Shown here: piece after piece, positions 46,015 to 57,967 of the stretch
Layout of the letters: each line of letters starts with the position of its first letter
Numbering within the stretch: the first letter of the stretch is position 1
Assembly: GCA_963725115.1 (NCBI GenBank)
Contig: CAVRXG010000003.1
Span: forward strand, 677,734 to 741,733
Length of the DNA stretch: 64,000 bases
Source of the DNA: an uncultured Acidobacteriaceae bacterium
GTDB lineage: Bacteria; Acidobacteriota; Terriglobia; Terriglobales; Acidobacteriaceae
Direction: 5' to 3'
The notes under the pieces: generated by a model
Databases searched by the model: none
The model's input: the letters and a program-made list of their open reading frames with translations, nothing else
Told to the model about the DNA's origin: nothing
Made by a program: the position numbers and the translations under genes

Positions 46015-47399
46015 ATGGCTACGAAGAAGAAAAGCGGCTCGAAGAAAGCTGCTCCCGCGCTAAAGTCCTTGCCCGGGGGCCATAAGACCGCTGCACTGTT
46101 GGTTGAGCCCGCGAAGGGCAAGTTGGGCGTAATGGTAGTTGGACTCGGCGCCGTGGCCACCACAATGATCGCCGGCGTTGAAGCTATTCGCCGCGGTCTG
46201 GCCAAGCCGATTGGCTCGCTCACGCAGATGGGAACCATCCGGCTCGGCAAGCGCACCGATAACCACTCGCCGTTGATCAAGGATTTTGTTCCGCTCGCGG
46301 ATTTGAATGACATCGTCTTCACCGGCTGGGACATCTTCGAAGACAACGTGTACGAGGCGGCGGCGCATGCGGCGGTTCTCGATGCTGATACGCTCAAAAA
46401 GCTAAAGCCGTATCTCTCCAAGATCAAGCCGATGCCCGCAGTCTTCGATCGCTATTACGTCAAGCGCCTCGACGGCAAGCATGTGAAGAAAGGCAAGAAC
46501 AAGCTCGATCTCGCCGAGCAGTTGAGAGCCGATATTCGCGCCTTCAAGAAAACAGTGAACCGCGTCGTGATGATCTGGGCGGGTCGACGGAGATCTTTTT
46601 GAAGCCGACGGCAGTTCACAAATCGATCGAGGCTTTTGAGAAGGGCCTCGAAAAGAACGACCCCGGAATTGCACCTTCGCAGATTTACGCGTACGCGGCG
46701 CTGAAGGAGGGCGTGCCGTTCGCCAATGGCGCGCCGAACCTGACCGTCGACTTTCCTGCGATGATCGAGCTTTCGAAGCAAAACGCCGCGCCCATCTGCG
46801 GCAAGGACTTCAAGACCGGCCAGACGTTCATGAAGACCGTGCTCGCGCCGGCATTCAAAGCGCGCATGATCGGCGTCAAGGGCTGGTTCTCGACCAACAT
46901 TCTCGGCAATCGCGACGGCGAAGTGCTCGACGAGCCGCACTCATTCAAGACCAAGGAAGAGTCGAAGCTGGGCTCGCTCGAATACATCTTTCAGCCCGAA
47001 CTTTATCCGGATTTGTACAGCGACATCTACCACAAGATTCGCATCAACTACTATCCGCCGCGCGGCGACGAAAAAGAAGCGTGGGACAACATCGACATCT
47101 TCGGCTGGCTCGGCTATCCGATGCAGTTGAAGGTCAACTTCCTCTGCCGCGACTCGATTCTGGCCGCTCCCATCGCGCTCGACCTCGTGCTGTTTCTCGA
47201 TCTGGCCAAGCGCACGCCCGAACTCCGCTCCATCGGAATTCAGGAGTGGCTGAGCTTCTATCTCAAGTCGCCGCAGACGGCCAAAGGCCTGTACCCGGAG
47301 CACGATCTCTTCATCCAGTCGATGAAGCTCAAGAACACGCTGCGCCACATCATGGGCGCGGACCTGATCACGCACCTGGGCCTTGAGTATTACGACTGA
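46015..47399 (+). CDS. ino1: myo-Inositol-1-phosphate synthase (apparent frameshift near 46585)
   Basis: GLGAVATT, FTGWD, GKDFKTGQT, WFSTNILGNRDG, YYPPRGDEKEAWD, DSILAAP. Confidence 0.93.
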
Positions 47400-47470
47400 G
47401 CGGGTGCGCGAGAGCTGGCCGGTTGCTCCCGCCGCGTCCACGCCACGCGATGGCGTAATCTGAACTGAAC

Positions 47471-48371
47471 ATGAAGAACTCTGCAGTTTTGCTCATCGAT
47501 TGCCCTGACCGCAAGGGGCTCGTGGCGCGCGTGTCGGGGCTGCTCTATGAGCGCGGCGCCAATATTCTGCACGCCGATCAGCACATCGACCACGAGCTCG
47601 GCCTATTCTTCATGCGCGTCGAGTGGGGTCTTGGTCCTGCGGACGGCAGCACCTCGGAGAAGGGAGGCGCGGAAAAAAGCCGACGCATCCTTCGATCTCG
47701 CAGCCTTCAAGGCCGTCTTCACGCCCATCGCAGCCGAGCTCAACATGAACTGGCAGCTCACCTCAAGCGAGCGCCCGCCGCGCGTCGCGCTCTTCTGCTC
47801 GCAATATCTGCACTGCATGGCCGATCTGCTGCACCGCTGGCGCGCCGGCGAGCTGGTCTGCGAAATTCCGCTGATCGTCTCGAATCATCGTGAAGTGGAA
47901 AAGCTCGCCGCCTTCTATGGCGTGCCGTTCGAGCATGTGCCGGTCACTGCCGAGACGCGCGCTGACGCCGAAGCACGGCAACTCGAACTACTGTCGCGGC
48001 ACCAAATCGAGCTGATCATTCTGGCGCGCTACATGCAGATTCTCTCGCCTCAATTCGTGGCGCACTATCCTGCGGCCATCATCAACGTGCATCACTCGTT
48101 CCTGCCGGCGTTCACCGGCGCGCGGCCCTATCACGCGGCGCACGCGCGCGGCGTCAAGCTGATCGGCGCCACCAGCCACTACGTCACCGAGGTGCTCGAC
48201 GACGGCCCCATCATCGAGCAGGACGTGGCGCGCATCTCGCACCGCGACCAGGTGGAAGATCTCGTCGCCCGCGGCCGCGACCTGGAGCGCATGGTCCTCT
48301 CGCGCGCCGTCCGCTGGCACCTCGATCGCCGCATTCTCTGCTACGGCAACAAGACGGTGGTCTTCGATTAG
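47471..48371 (+). CDS. purU: Formyltetrahydrofolate deformylase (apparent frameshift near 47675)
   Basis: CPDRKGLVA, FFMRVEW, SNH, LARYMQILS, INVHHSFLPAF.GARPY, GATSHYVT..LDDGPIIEQ. Confidence 0.95.
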
Positions 48372-48558
48372 GCTACGCGTCCCATGCTGAGGGGGAGCGG
48401 CTTTTAGGCCCTGAATCAGCCGCACCGACTCGCCGGCCTGCAGGCTTGCCAGCTTCGGCAGAAGTGTATGCTAACTAACCTGCCCAAAATCTGCTAAATA
48501 CAGTCCTTTGTTGATCCAGGGCTGAGAATCTCCTTGCCACAAGGCCTCACTTTGAGTT

Positions 48559-48582
48559 AATTTACTAACCAGTTAGTTAATT
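48559..48582 (+). promoter_or_regulatory. TetR-type palindromic operator overlapping a sigma-70-like promoter
   Basis: AATTTACTAAC-CA-GTTAGTTAATT (10/11 symmetric) 10 bp before the TetR ATG; TTGCCA -35 at 48534. Confidence 0.75.
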
Positions 48583-48592
48583 CGCAAAACAC

Positions 48593-49331
48593 ATGACTCC
48601 GCACACCACAACCGATGCCCAGGCCGAACGCTCCGCCGAGACCCGCAGCCGCATTCTCGACGCCGCCCTGAGCGAATTTGCCGCCAACGGCCTCGCCGGT
48701 GCGCGCACCGAACAGATTGCCACCGCCGCCGGCGTCAACAAGGCGCTGATCTACTACTACTTCGAGAGCAAAGAGAAACTGTATTCCGCGGCGCTGGAAA
48801 TGGTGTCGGCGCCGGGTTCGCGATCGCTCGATGGCGGTTTTTCTGCGCGATGCCAGTCCCGGGGAGCGTTTGCTGCGCGCGGCGCTCGATCATTTTGATC
48901 GCATTTTGACGCAGCGCGAATTCCAGAGCCTGATGCAGCAGGAGATGATGCGGCATGCACAAGGGCGAGGAGGGCGAGCTGCCGCATCCTGGTCAAGCGC
49001 GTCTTCGCGCCGCTGCACGCGATGTTTCAGTCGCTGGTGCGCGAGGGAATTGCATCCGGCGAGTTGATCGAGGTGGATTGGTTCCAGATGGAACTGTCCG
49101 CGCTCGGAGGGAATGTCTTCTATTTCCTGAGCGCGCCGGTTTGGCGAGCAGATCCTGGCGTTTGAGCCCTTCGACGAAGAAGCGCTGCGAGCGCGCAGAG
49201 TGGCGTCTGGTGGAGTTTCTCGGCCAGGCAATCTTCCAGGATCGGACAACACGGCGCGGAGCTCGCGGCAACGTGTGCTAGCGGATTCGCCGATGCCCGA
49301 ATTCGCCAATTTCAAAGGCCAATTTCAATAG
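48593..49331 (+). CDS. TetR/AcrR family regulator (apparent frameshifts; end approximate)
   Basis: TRSRILDAALSEFAANGLAGARTEQIA..AGVNKALIYYYFESKE.LY. Confidence 0.9.
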
Positions 49332-49348
49332 TTTGAGGTGAAAGACAA

Positions 49349-50420
49349 GTGAACGCGCGAAATCGAGTTTTCATCATATTGGGCGTGCTGACCGTCGGAT
49401 CGCTGATCTGGTATTTGCTCACCACGCGGCGCACGCAGCGATCTGCAACTGATCGGCACCGTGGACGCGAACGAAGTTATCGTGAGCTCCAAAATTCCCG
49501 GCCGCATCCAGACGCTGACGGTCGAAGAAGGCCAGACTGTAAAGGCGGGCGAGCTGATCGCCATCATCGAGAGCGACGATCTGGCATGCAGCTACAAAGG
49601 CCGCCGAAGCCACTGCGGAAAGCGACGCGCAGAAGTTGCGCGAGGCCCAGGAGACGGAACGCGCAGGACCAGGGCGAGACCTCCAGCGCAACGCAGGCAG
49701 CGCGAAGCGCAGGTGAAGGCCGCGCAGGCCAGTTGGCGCAGGCGCAGGCCAATCTCGCGCACCAGCAGGCCGACACCAGCCGCACCGTTGCTCTTGGCGC
49801 AAGCAGGGAATCGATGAGCACGCAGGCAAGAGACGAAGCGGTCACCAGCCTGCAGGCAGCCGAGGCGGCCGTGAACACCGCCAAGGGAAACCTGGACGCA
49901 GCTCAGGCAACGCTGCGCCAGGCGCGCGCGCATGAGCTGCTGACGCAAGTGAACGCGAGCACCGTCGATGAGACGCGCGACTCCGAGGCCAATGCGCAAG
50001 TTCTTGGCCGACGAAGCCAAAGTAGAGCAGGGCTATTCGCAGGTCGACTCGCCCATCGACGGCAAAGTCGACGTGTGGGCCGCGCGACAGGGCGAAGTGG
50101 TCACGATGGGCGAGCCGATCGTCACCATCATGGATCTTTCGCAAACCTGGGTTTACGCGCCGCTGCCGGAGACGCAGGCCGACAGCGTGCAGCTTGGCGA
50201 TTCGCTGCGCGTAGTGATGCCCAGCGGCGACACCGTCTACGGCAAGGTCATCGCCAAAGCGGCCGAAGGCGACTTCGCCACGCAGCGCGACGTGAACAGC
50301 ATGAAGCGCGACATCAAAACCATCCAGCTGAAACTGCTCATCCCCAATCCCGGCGAAAAGTTTGTTCCCGGCATGACCGCCGAGGTCTACATTCCCAAAG
50401 CGAAGCTGGTGAAACAGTGA
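49349..50420 (+). CDS. HlyD-family membrane fusion protein (several apparent frameshifts)
   Basis: N-terminal TM, VSSKIPGRI..L.VEEGQ.VKAG, coiled coil, SPIDGKV, GMTAEV. Confidence 0.88.
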
Positions 50421-51460
50421 GCTCTGCCATCAATCAAAGCCCGGCCAACGGCAACGGCGCCACGCGGCCAATTGCCATCGCGGTCGAGAACATCGTCAAG
50501 CGCTACGGCGATTTTGAAGCGGTCAAGGGCGTCAACTTCAGCGTCAGCTGAGGGCGAGATCTTCGGCCTGCTCGGCCCAAACGGCGCCGGCAAAAGCACG
50601 CTGATCCGCATGATGACCACGCTCATTCCCGTCACTTCAGGCAAAGCCATCGTCGCCGGCCACAACGTGGTCGACGATCCTGACGATGTGCGGCGCGTCA
50701 TCGGCGTCATTCCCCAGGCGCTCACCAGCGATCAGGATCTCACCCTCGAAGAGAATCTGATCATCTACGCCAAGCTCTACGGCGTTCCGCGCGCCCAGCG
50801 CGATAAGAATATCGAGGAAGTGCTTGAGGCCGTCGACCTCGTAAAGTGGCGCGACGCGCAGACCAAAACTCTTTCCGGCGGCATGCGGCGGCGGCTTGAG
50901 ATCGCGCGCGGCCTCGTGCACAATCCGAAAATCTTTTTTCTCGACGAGCCCACCACCGGCCTCGATCCCGTTTCGCGCATCGCCGTGTGGGAGATGCTGA
51001 ACAAGCTCAAAACCACGCGCAACCTCACCATGCTGCTCACCACGCACTACATGGAAGAAGCCGACAAGCTCTGCGACCGCATCGCCATCGTCGACCACGG
51101 CAATCTGGTGGCGCTGGGCACGCCGGTCGAGCTCAAGAACAGCGTGGCCGGCGCCAATGTTGTCGAAGTGCACTTTGACCGCGAAGCCGAGGCATGGGAA
51201 GAGCGGCTCAAGAACCTCGAAGGCGTAACCAGCGTGCAACCGGAGAGCGCCGGCTTCTACCGCGTGCTCACCACGTCGGGTTCGAAGACCACCATGCAGA
51301 TTGTGGAGCTGGCGCAGAGCCTCGGCGAGACGCTCACTTCGCTGAGCGTGCAAAACACCACGCTCGACGACGTATTTATCCACTACACGGGCCGGCAATT
51401 GCGCGACGAGCGGTCAAGCCGGTATTCACGATGCCGCCGCGCCCCGGAGCGCAGCCATGA
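50417..51460 (+). CDS. ABC transporter ATP-binding protein (DrrA-like)
   Basis: GPNGAGKST, LSGGMRRRLEIARG, FLDEPTTGLDP, TTHYMEEAD. Confidence 0.93.
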
Positions 51461-52570
51461 ACAGAATGTTCGCCATCATCGAGCGCGAAATGCGCAAGTT
51501 CTTCCGCTCGCCCACGCTGATGATCATGTCGCTGATGTTGCCCATTCTGCAGTTGATCATCATCGGCAACGCCTTCGGCGGCAAGATCGTCGGCACGCAC
51601 GTCGCCGTCGTCGATCACGATCACGGGCCGCAGGCCGTCAAGGTGCGCGAGGCCTTCGATGCCGTCGCCGCCAACATCAAGACCTTCACCACCATCGATT
51701 ACCCCAATGAAGTGCAGGCGCGCGAAGACGTGCGCACCGGCAAAATCGACGCCGCGGTCATCATCCCCGAGCATTATTCGCGCCGCGTCTACGCGCAGGA
51801 TGCGCCCCAGCTCGGCCTTGTCGTCGACAACTCCGACCTGTTCACCTCGGCCACCCTCGAAGGCGAGATGCAGTCGCTCGTGGACGCGATGAATGCGCCC
51901 GCAAATTCAGGATCGGCTGACCAAAACCATCGCCCTCGAAATCGTCGAGCTTTACCCCTACGTGAATTATCTGAAGTATCTTCTGCCGATGACCATCGCG
52001 CTGGCCATGTATATCTCGGTGATGATCGGCGGCGGCATGCTCTACATCGACGACAAGGCGCGCGGCGTGCACGAGGGCTACCTGGTCACGCCGATTACGA
52101 AACTTGAGCTGGTCTTCGGGCTGAACATCGCCGGCGCCATCAAGGCGACGCTGGCCGGAATCTCGATCACCGTCATCGGGTCGCTCATCGCCGGCCTCGG
52201 CATTATCTTTCATCCCATGATCGATCTCCAGATGTTGTGCCTCATCATCGCCGGCTCCATCGCCTTCAACGGCATGATGTTTCTGCTCATGGTGCGCGTC
52301 GACGATCCGCTCGTGCCGCGCGCCATGTTCGGCGTGCTCAATGTGCTCCTGTTATATCCCTCGGGCGCCATGTATCCCACAGCGTCGTTCCCCAAGTGGA
52401 TGCAGGCGATGTCCGTGATCGATCCCTTCACCTACGCGATCCACGGCTTCAAGGCCGTCCTTCTCAAAAACGGCGGCTGGATCGCCATCAGGGGCGACCT
52501 CGCGTTCCTCACGATCTTCGGAATCGCCACGCTGCTGATTGCCACGCCGCTCTTCAAGCGCACGCTTTAG
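51457..52570 (+). CDS. ABC-2 type permease (apparent frameshift near 51900)
   Basis: AIIEREMRKF, periplasmic domain, EGYLVTP, PSGAMYP...FP.W....S..DPFTYA. Confidence 0.9.
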
Positions 52571-52662
52571 GGGCGCGGCACGGAATGCTGCGGACCGGAG
52601 TACGCGCTCCGGCGTCGTGCTGATTCGTGGCGCCGAGTCGGATCATCTGACGAATCTCGTAT

Positions 52663-53131
52663 TTACTGGGTGGGGGGAGTCGCCGCCGGCGCGCCCGCAT
52701 CTCCCTGCTTCGTGAACTCAAAGCTGCACGGCCGGCCCAAAAGCCCTGCGCCTTCTTCGCGCTTGCCGGTGCCCGACGTGCCCGTGAAATTTCGCATCGA
52801 CGTAGTAGTCGTATTTGTTGCCCTTCATTTGCGTGATGAGTCCCGCTTTCCCTTTCGACACCGTGCCCTTGGCATGGAGCTTCGCCGAGCCGTCCGCTCC
52901 GATCGTCCCGTCGATCACCATGTAGCCGGGCCCCCCCTCCTCGCCGTGCTGGCCGTGGAATGTACCGTTGGCAATCGTGCTCACGAAAGTCCATGTGTAG
53001 GCAGGCATGTGTTCACTCGCGTCACAGGACATATTCGTCGTCCAAGTGCCATCAAAAGGGCCTGCAGCCTGGGCCCACAGGACCATCGGCGCACAAACCG
53101 CAACAAGAGCCAAAGATTTCCTGAATTTCAT
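52663..53131 (-). CDS. Exported hypothetical protein (apparent frameshift near 52785)
   Basis: GGAGG RBS, signal peptide, GPFDGTW...C, C-terminal GRPCSFEFTK. Confidence 0.7.
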
Positions 53132-53322
53132 GGATGACCTCCAGTGCAAGCAGAATAAGACGAACGGACATGTATTAGGCAAGAACTTTCTTGTGAAATT
53201 CGGATAACCGGTTTGAAGAGCGCTGCCTACAGCCTGAAGACAAAGCATGCAAAATACTTTTAGCTCGAGTTTAAGGGTACGAGCTTTAGATGCGGAGCGC
53301 TCCGCGCAATTCCCGGACGGCC

Positions 53323-54462
53323 CTACTGCCCCAAAATCTGCTCGTAATATTGCACATACTGCGGCACCACGAGCGTGGAGCAGAAGCGCTTCTGCGCGTC
53401 CTTGCGCGCAGCCTCTCGCATTTCATTCAGCCGCGAAGGATTATTCAGCAGGCTCAGCGCGCCAGCGGCCATGCCCTCGACATCGCCGACAGAGAACAGC
53501 AACCCCGTCACGCCTTCCTCGATGAGTTCGGGCACTCCGCCGACGCGCGTGGCGATCGATGGAACCTTGCAGGCCATAGCTTCAAGAGCGGCCAGACCAA
53601 AGGATTCGAGCTCGCTTGGCATCAGGAGAAGATCGGCGATAGCGAGCAGCTCGTTGACGTGTTCCTGCTTGCCAAGGAAGTGAACTCGAGCCTGGATGCC
53701 GAGGTCGAGCGCCAGCCACTCTGCGGCGGAGCGGTCAGGGCCGTCGCCGATGAGAATAAGTTGCGCGGGTCGCTCGCGCGCGACAAGTGCGAAGGTCTTG
53801 ACCACATCCGTAACCCGCTTCACCGGCCGGAAGTTTGAAAGGTGAACCAGCAGTGCTTCTTCTGGTTTGGCGTACTGGGCGCGGCAGCGCGTGCGCTTGG
53901 CCTCGTCTTTGATCGGCGTGTAAACGTCGCAGTTGACGAAGTTGGTGATGGTCTCGATAGGCCGCGTAATCCCGAAATCGGCGATGGTTTTGTCGCGAAG
54001 ATAATTTGAAATGCTGGTTACTCCATCGCTCTCCTCGATGCCGTGGCGTGTGATGGGCAAATAGCTGCGGTCAAGGCCGACAAGCGTAATGTCGGTGCCG
54101 TGAAGCGTGGTTACAAAGGGCAGTCGGCGGCCGCGTTTCGCAAGCATCTGGCGGGCAAGCAGCGCTGAAACCGAGTGGGGAATCGCATAGTGCACGTGCA
54201 ACAGATCGAGCGAATAATACTCGGCCACCTCTGCCATGCGTGAGGCAAGGGCGAGATCGTATGGGGGAAATTCAAAGAGCGGGTAGTTCGAGACAGGGAC
54301 CTCGTGATAAAAGATGCCCTCGTCGCGACCGTTCAGGCGGAACGGCTGCGAATAGGAGATGAAATGGACTTCGTGGCCGAGAGCCGCGAGTTCAATGCCC
54401 AGCTCGGTGGCGACAACGCCCGATCCGCCGTAGGTCGGAAAGGAAGTGATTCCTATGCGCAT
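53323..54462 (-). CDS. bshA: N-acetyl-alpha-D-glucosaminyl L-malate synthase (bacillithiol biosynthesis)
   Basis: PTYGGSGVVATELG, HVHYAIPH, TTLHGTDITLVG, SNFRPVKRV, ESFGLAALEAMAC. Confidence 0.93.
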   Translation of the reverse strand: MRIGITSFPTYGGSGVVATELGIELAALGHEVHFISYSQPFRLNGRDEGIFYHEVPVSNYPLFEFPPYDLALASRMAEVAEYYSLDLLHVHYAIPHSVSALLARQMLAKRGRRLPFVTTLHGTDITLVGLDRSYLPITRHGIEESDGVTSISNYLRDKTIADFGITRPIETITNFVNCDVYTPIKDEAKRTRCRAQYAKPEEALLVHLSNFRPVKRVTDVVKTFALVARERPAQLILIGDGPDRSAAEWLALDLGIQARVHFLGKQEHVNELLAIADLLLMPSELESFGLAALEAMACKVPSIATRVGGVPELIEEGVTGLLFSVGDVEGMAAGALSLLNNPSRLNEMREAARKDAQKRFCSTLVVPQYVQYYEQILGQ

Positions 54463-54598
54463 GAACCCTTCTTGATTTTCGATTTCGATTCGCCGCTGCG
54501 TCCCGTTTCGATTTGACGCGCGGAATTGGGTGGAAGATGCACAGAGTCAGATAGCAATCGCGCAGCCGAGATCACACTAAGTGAGCGCGGCTCGCCGT

Positions 54599-55468
54599 TC
54601 AAGGCGAACCCGGCTGTAACTCAGCGAACGAGATGAGTCGAATGCCGGGGAATTCTTTGAGAGTGGTCAGCGCGTCGCGCTCCCCATCGCGCGAAGCACG
54701 AAGCCGTGTGCGTAAACACTCAAGATCGGCGTCGTTGTAACCCGGATGTGTGACGAGCTCCCACGTACCGGTCGGCAGGCTAGTCAGCATAGATCGAAGC
54801 ATGGCACAGTCCATGATGCCGGTGCCGATAACAGCTACGGTTCCTCCGGTCGTCACAAATCCTTCCTTCTCGATGATCCCGCAAGAGAAAGGCTCCAGCC
54901 AGCGCAATGCGCTGACCTGGACAGTGCGAAGCCATTGAGCTCGCGGCGTGGCGTGGATCGACCACTTCGGCTCAAAGGGATTGCGGATTGCGCGAATTCC
55001 GCGAGCACGCGCAGCGCGAAGCACTGGATGCAGCACCTGTGGAAGCACGTGCGTGTGCTTGTGCGTATCGATGTGCGTCGGGCGAATGCCCCGTTGCTGG
55101 AGAAAATCAATTTGCGCCCCGGCTTCCGCCTCCACTTCGGCGGAGCTGATGCGCCCCGTAAAAAGGCGCGTCAGGAATGTGTTCAGCGAATGGGGAAAGT
55201 GGCCTGTGCGCGCATCGACGAGCGTGGGAATCTGATCCGGCGGAAGCACAGGTTCGCCGTCGACCAGAACCACGTGGCAACCCACTCCGAGCGTCGGCGT
55301 CCGCATGGCAAGATCGATGGCTTCTTCCGTCGCGCCAGCGCGCGCCATGAGTGAGGTACTCGTAACAAGGCCCGCGGAATGCAATTCGATGATGCCGCGA
55401 TTGACTCCGGAGGTCAACCCGAAATCGTCTGCGTTCACGATGAGTCGGCCACGAGGGGAGTTTATCAA
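54599..55468 (-). CDS. hpnK: ChbG/HpnK (YdjC-family) deacetylase
   Basis: LIVNADDFG, VGCHVVLVDG.P, THIDTHKHTH, WELVTHPG; hopanoid gene neighbourhood. Confidence 0.85.
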   Translation of the reverse strand: MINSPRGRLIVNADDFGLTSGVNRGIIELHSAGLVTSTSLMARAGATEEAIDLAMRTPTLGVGCHVVLVDGEPVLPPDQIPTLVDARTGHFPHSLNTFLTRLFTGRISSAEVEAEAGAQIDFLQQRGIRPTHIDTHKHTHVLPQVLHPVLRAARARGIRAIRNPFEPKWSIHATPRAQWLRTVQVSALRWLEPFSCGIIEKEGFVTTGGTVAVIGTGIMDCAMLRSMLTSLPTGTWELVTHPGYNDADLECLRTRLRASRDGERDALTTLKEFPGIRLISFAELQPGSP

Positions 55469-55501
55469 TGCGAGTTCCGGAGTCGATGCTTTGCCGGAGA
55501 A

Positions 55502-55578
55502 TGGTGGGCAGTGAGGGACTCGAACCCCCGACTTCCTGCTTGTAAGGCAGGCGCTCTAACCAACTGAGCTAACCGCCC
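55502..55578 (-). tRNA. tRNA-Val (anticodon TAC)
   Basis: GGGCGGTTAGCTCAGTTGGTTAGAGCG CCTGC-CT-TAC-AA-GCAGG ... GGTTCGAGTCC ... CTGCCCACCA, cloverleaf with encoded CCA. Confidence 0.97.
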
Positions 55579-55754
55579 ACTGCGGCGCTTTTTTCATGAT
55601 AACAGCGTGCGAGTTTCCCCAGTTTCTTATTGATTGGGCAGCGCCAGCGCTCCAGCCCGAATTGGCCCGAATCGACACCCGAATCGGCGCGCGAAACGAC
55701 GCTGGGCTCGACGGCGGTTTTGAAAGGGCGCGGGTTCAACGGTGCTGCGACACC

Positions 55755-56303
55755 TCATCGCAACGAGAGGCTGAATTTGCCCAGGATGCGCCCGTACTCG
55801 GCGACCACAATGGCCTGCGCTCCCGGCTGGACAGTCAGTTCCAGTTGATTCGATTTGCGCGTGATTCCCATGTTGAGAGTTGCGGCGCTGCGAAACACCT
55901 GCACAAGTTCGATCACATGCTTCCCCGCGGGGATCTCGAATACGATGGTTTCACCGACTTGAACCGTTCGAACATCATGGCCATCGACGACGATAGTGTT
56001 CGTGATTTGACCGAACAGCCCCCCAGCGTCAAAGACCGTGAAGTTGACCCAGGCGGTTGCGGTGAGTGCCTGCTGGACCGGGTTCTGGATCGGATTGCTG
56101 CCTGGGTAAGGAGCGGGCGGGTAAGCGGGCACATCAGCTTGAGAAGAAGATTCGCTCACCGGGGCGCCGCATCCAGCACAGAAGCGGGCTCCATCATTAA
56201 GTGTTTGGCCGCATTTGGGGCAGTAGTTGACCGCCGCTCCACACTGAGCGCAAAAGCGCGCGCCATCTTTAAGCCGCACCCCGCATTTTGTGCAGTCCGC
56301 CAT
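55755..56303 (-). CDS. Double zinc-ribbon domain protein
   Basis: CTKCG...ARFCAQCG and CPKCG...ARFCAGCG, Pro linker, beta-rich C-domain; GAGGGG RBS. Confidence 0.8.
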   Translation of the reverse strand: MADCTKCGVRLKDGARFCAQCGAAVNYCPKCGQTLNDGARFCAGCGAPVSESSSQADVPAYPPAPYPGSNPIQNPVQQALTATAWVNFTVFDAGGLFGQITNTIVVDGHDVRTVQVGETIVFEIPAGKHVIELVQVFRSAATLNMGITRKSNQLELTVQPGAQAIVVAEYGRILGKFSLSLR

Positions 56304-56476
56304 CAAGTACCCCTCGCTCTGTCTCGCAATTTCAAACATCATATGTGGATGATGCGAGGGCGTCAAACAATCCGCGCCTTGTTTAGCTGAGCCTTGTTTA
56401 GCCGCGACTAGTTTGGCGACGGCAGCGCATCTCATCGGCGATGATAGAGAGAGATGCACAAGGAGTGCCCTGAACC

Positions 56477-57936
56477 GTGAGTCCGGTGCCGCCAGTATCA
56501 GGAAAATCGGCGATCCCCAAGTCGGCGATCGTGGTAGGCGGTGGCGTGGCCGGCATGAGCGCGGCCTGCGCGCTGGCTGAGGCCGGGCTTGCGCGTCAAG
56601 CTTGTCGAACGCCGCGGCTACCTGGGCGGCCGCGCCAGCTCCTACCGGCATCCGGGCGTCGATGAGGTAATTGACAACTGCCAGCATGTGCTCTTTGGCT
56701 GCTGCACAAATCTGATTGGCTTTTACCAACGCATCGGTGTGGCCGATCGCATCCACTGGACGACCTCGATGACCATGATCGAGCCGGGCGGCCAGCGCTC
56801 CGCGCTTGGACCCTTTGGATGGGGCCCGTTCGCGTTACCCGCACCCCTGCACGGCCTGCCTAGCCTGATGATGGCCAAGGCATTCACGCGCGAAGACAAA
56901 AAGGCGCTGGCCCACGCCTTTCGGGCACTCATGCGGCCGGTGCCTGCTGATTCTACGGAAACTCTGGGCCAATGGCTCACACGCAACGGGCAAACTCCCG
57001 GCGCCATCAATCGCTTCTGGCGGCTGGTGATTGCCAGCGCGTTGAACGCGGATGTTGACGAGATTGCGCTGCCCTATGCGGCGAAGGTGATTCGCGAGCT
57101 GTTTCTGAATTCTGCCGCGGCCGGCAGCATGGGAATGAGCACCGTGCCGCTGAGCGAGTTGTATTCCGGCGCGGAAGCAGTTTCTCCGCGAGCGCGGCGG
57201 TGAGGTCGTATTCAACGCGAGCGTCGAAGCAGCCGCGTGGGATGAGGAGACTTCGCAATGGACGCTCACGACTCGCGCAGGCGACCAGGTCGCGGACTTT
57301 CTTGTGCTGGCGTTGCCGTTTGAGGCCACAGCGAATCTGTTGCCCCTCATGCCTCCGGCAGACGGCGTCGAGAAGCTCGCAGCGCAAATCGAGCGGCAAG
57401 AGCATGGGCCAATCTGCAGCGTGCATCTTTGGTTTGACCGCGAGATTACGGACCTCGATCACGCCGTTCTGCTCGACCGCGAGATTCACTGGATGTACAA
57501 CAAGAGCCGCCTGCAGCCGTCGCGCGAAACAAGCGGGAGCTACCTGGAACTTGTGGTCAGCGCCTCGCGCAAGTTTGCCGCGCTCAACCGCGAAGAAGCG
57601 ATTGAGCTGGCGGTGCACGAGCTGGCCGAGTTTTTCCCGGCGGTTGCCTTGGCGAAGTTGGAAAAGGCTGTGTTGGTGAAGGAAGTCCGTGCGACGTTCA
57701 CTGTCCCGCCGGGGATCGATTCGGCGAGGCCCGGCTCCAAATCGCCGTGGCCCAACTGTGTGCTGGCTGGCGACTGGATCGCGACGGGATGGCCTTCGAC
57801 TATGGAAAGCGCCGCGCGTAGCGGTCACTTGGCTGCCGAAACGGTGTGCGCAGCCATCGGCGAATGGCGAAAAATCCTGGACCCCGATTTGAAGCCGCGC
57901 GGGCTCATGCGATTTGTGAAAACAGCCAACAGTTAG
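56477..57936 (+). CDS. hpnE: Hydroxysqualene dehydroxylase (apparent frameshifts)
   Basis: GGGVAGMSAA, LGGRASS, DNCQHVL.GCC.N, SALN, KE.RATF, LAGDW.ATGWPSTMESAARSG. Confidence 0.92.
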
Positions 57937-57967
57937 CGACTCGAGAGTAGCAGCTAGAAGCTGTCTT

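Noticed and set aside
46015-47399. ino1 as evidence for mycothiol biosynthesis
   Set aside because: No mshA/B/C/D in the window, and the thiol glycosyltransferase present has BshA motifs; the use of inositol cannot be determined here.
55502-56303. tRNA-Val as integration site of a genomic island
   Set aside because: No integrase, no duplicated tRNA 3' end seen, and the flanking genes are housekeeping or hopanoid genes.
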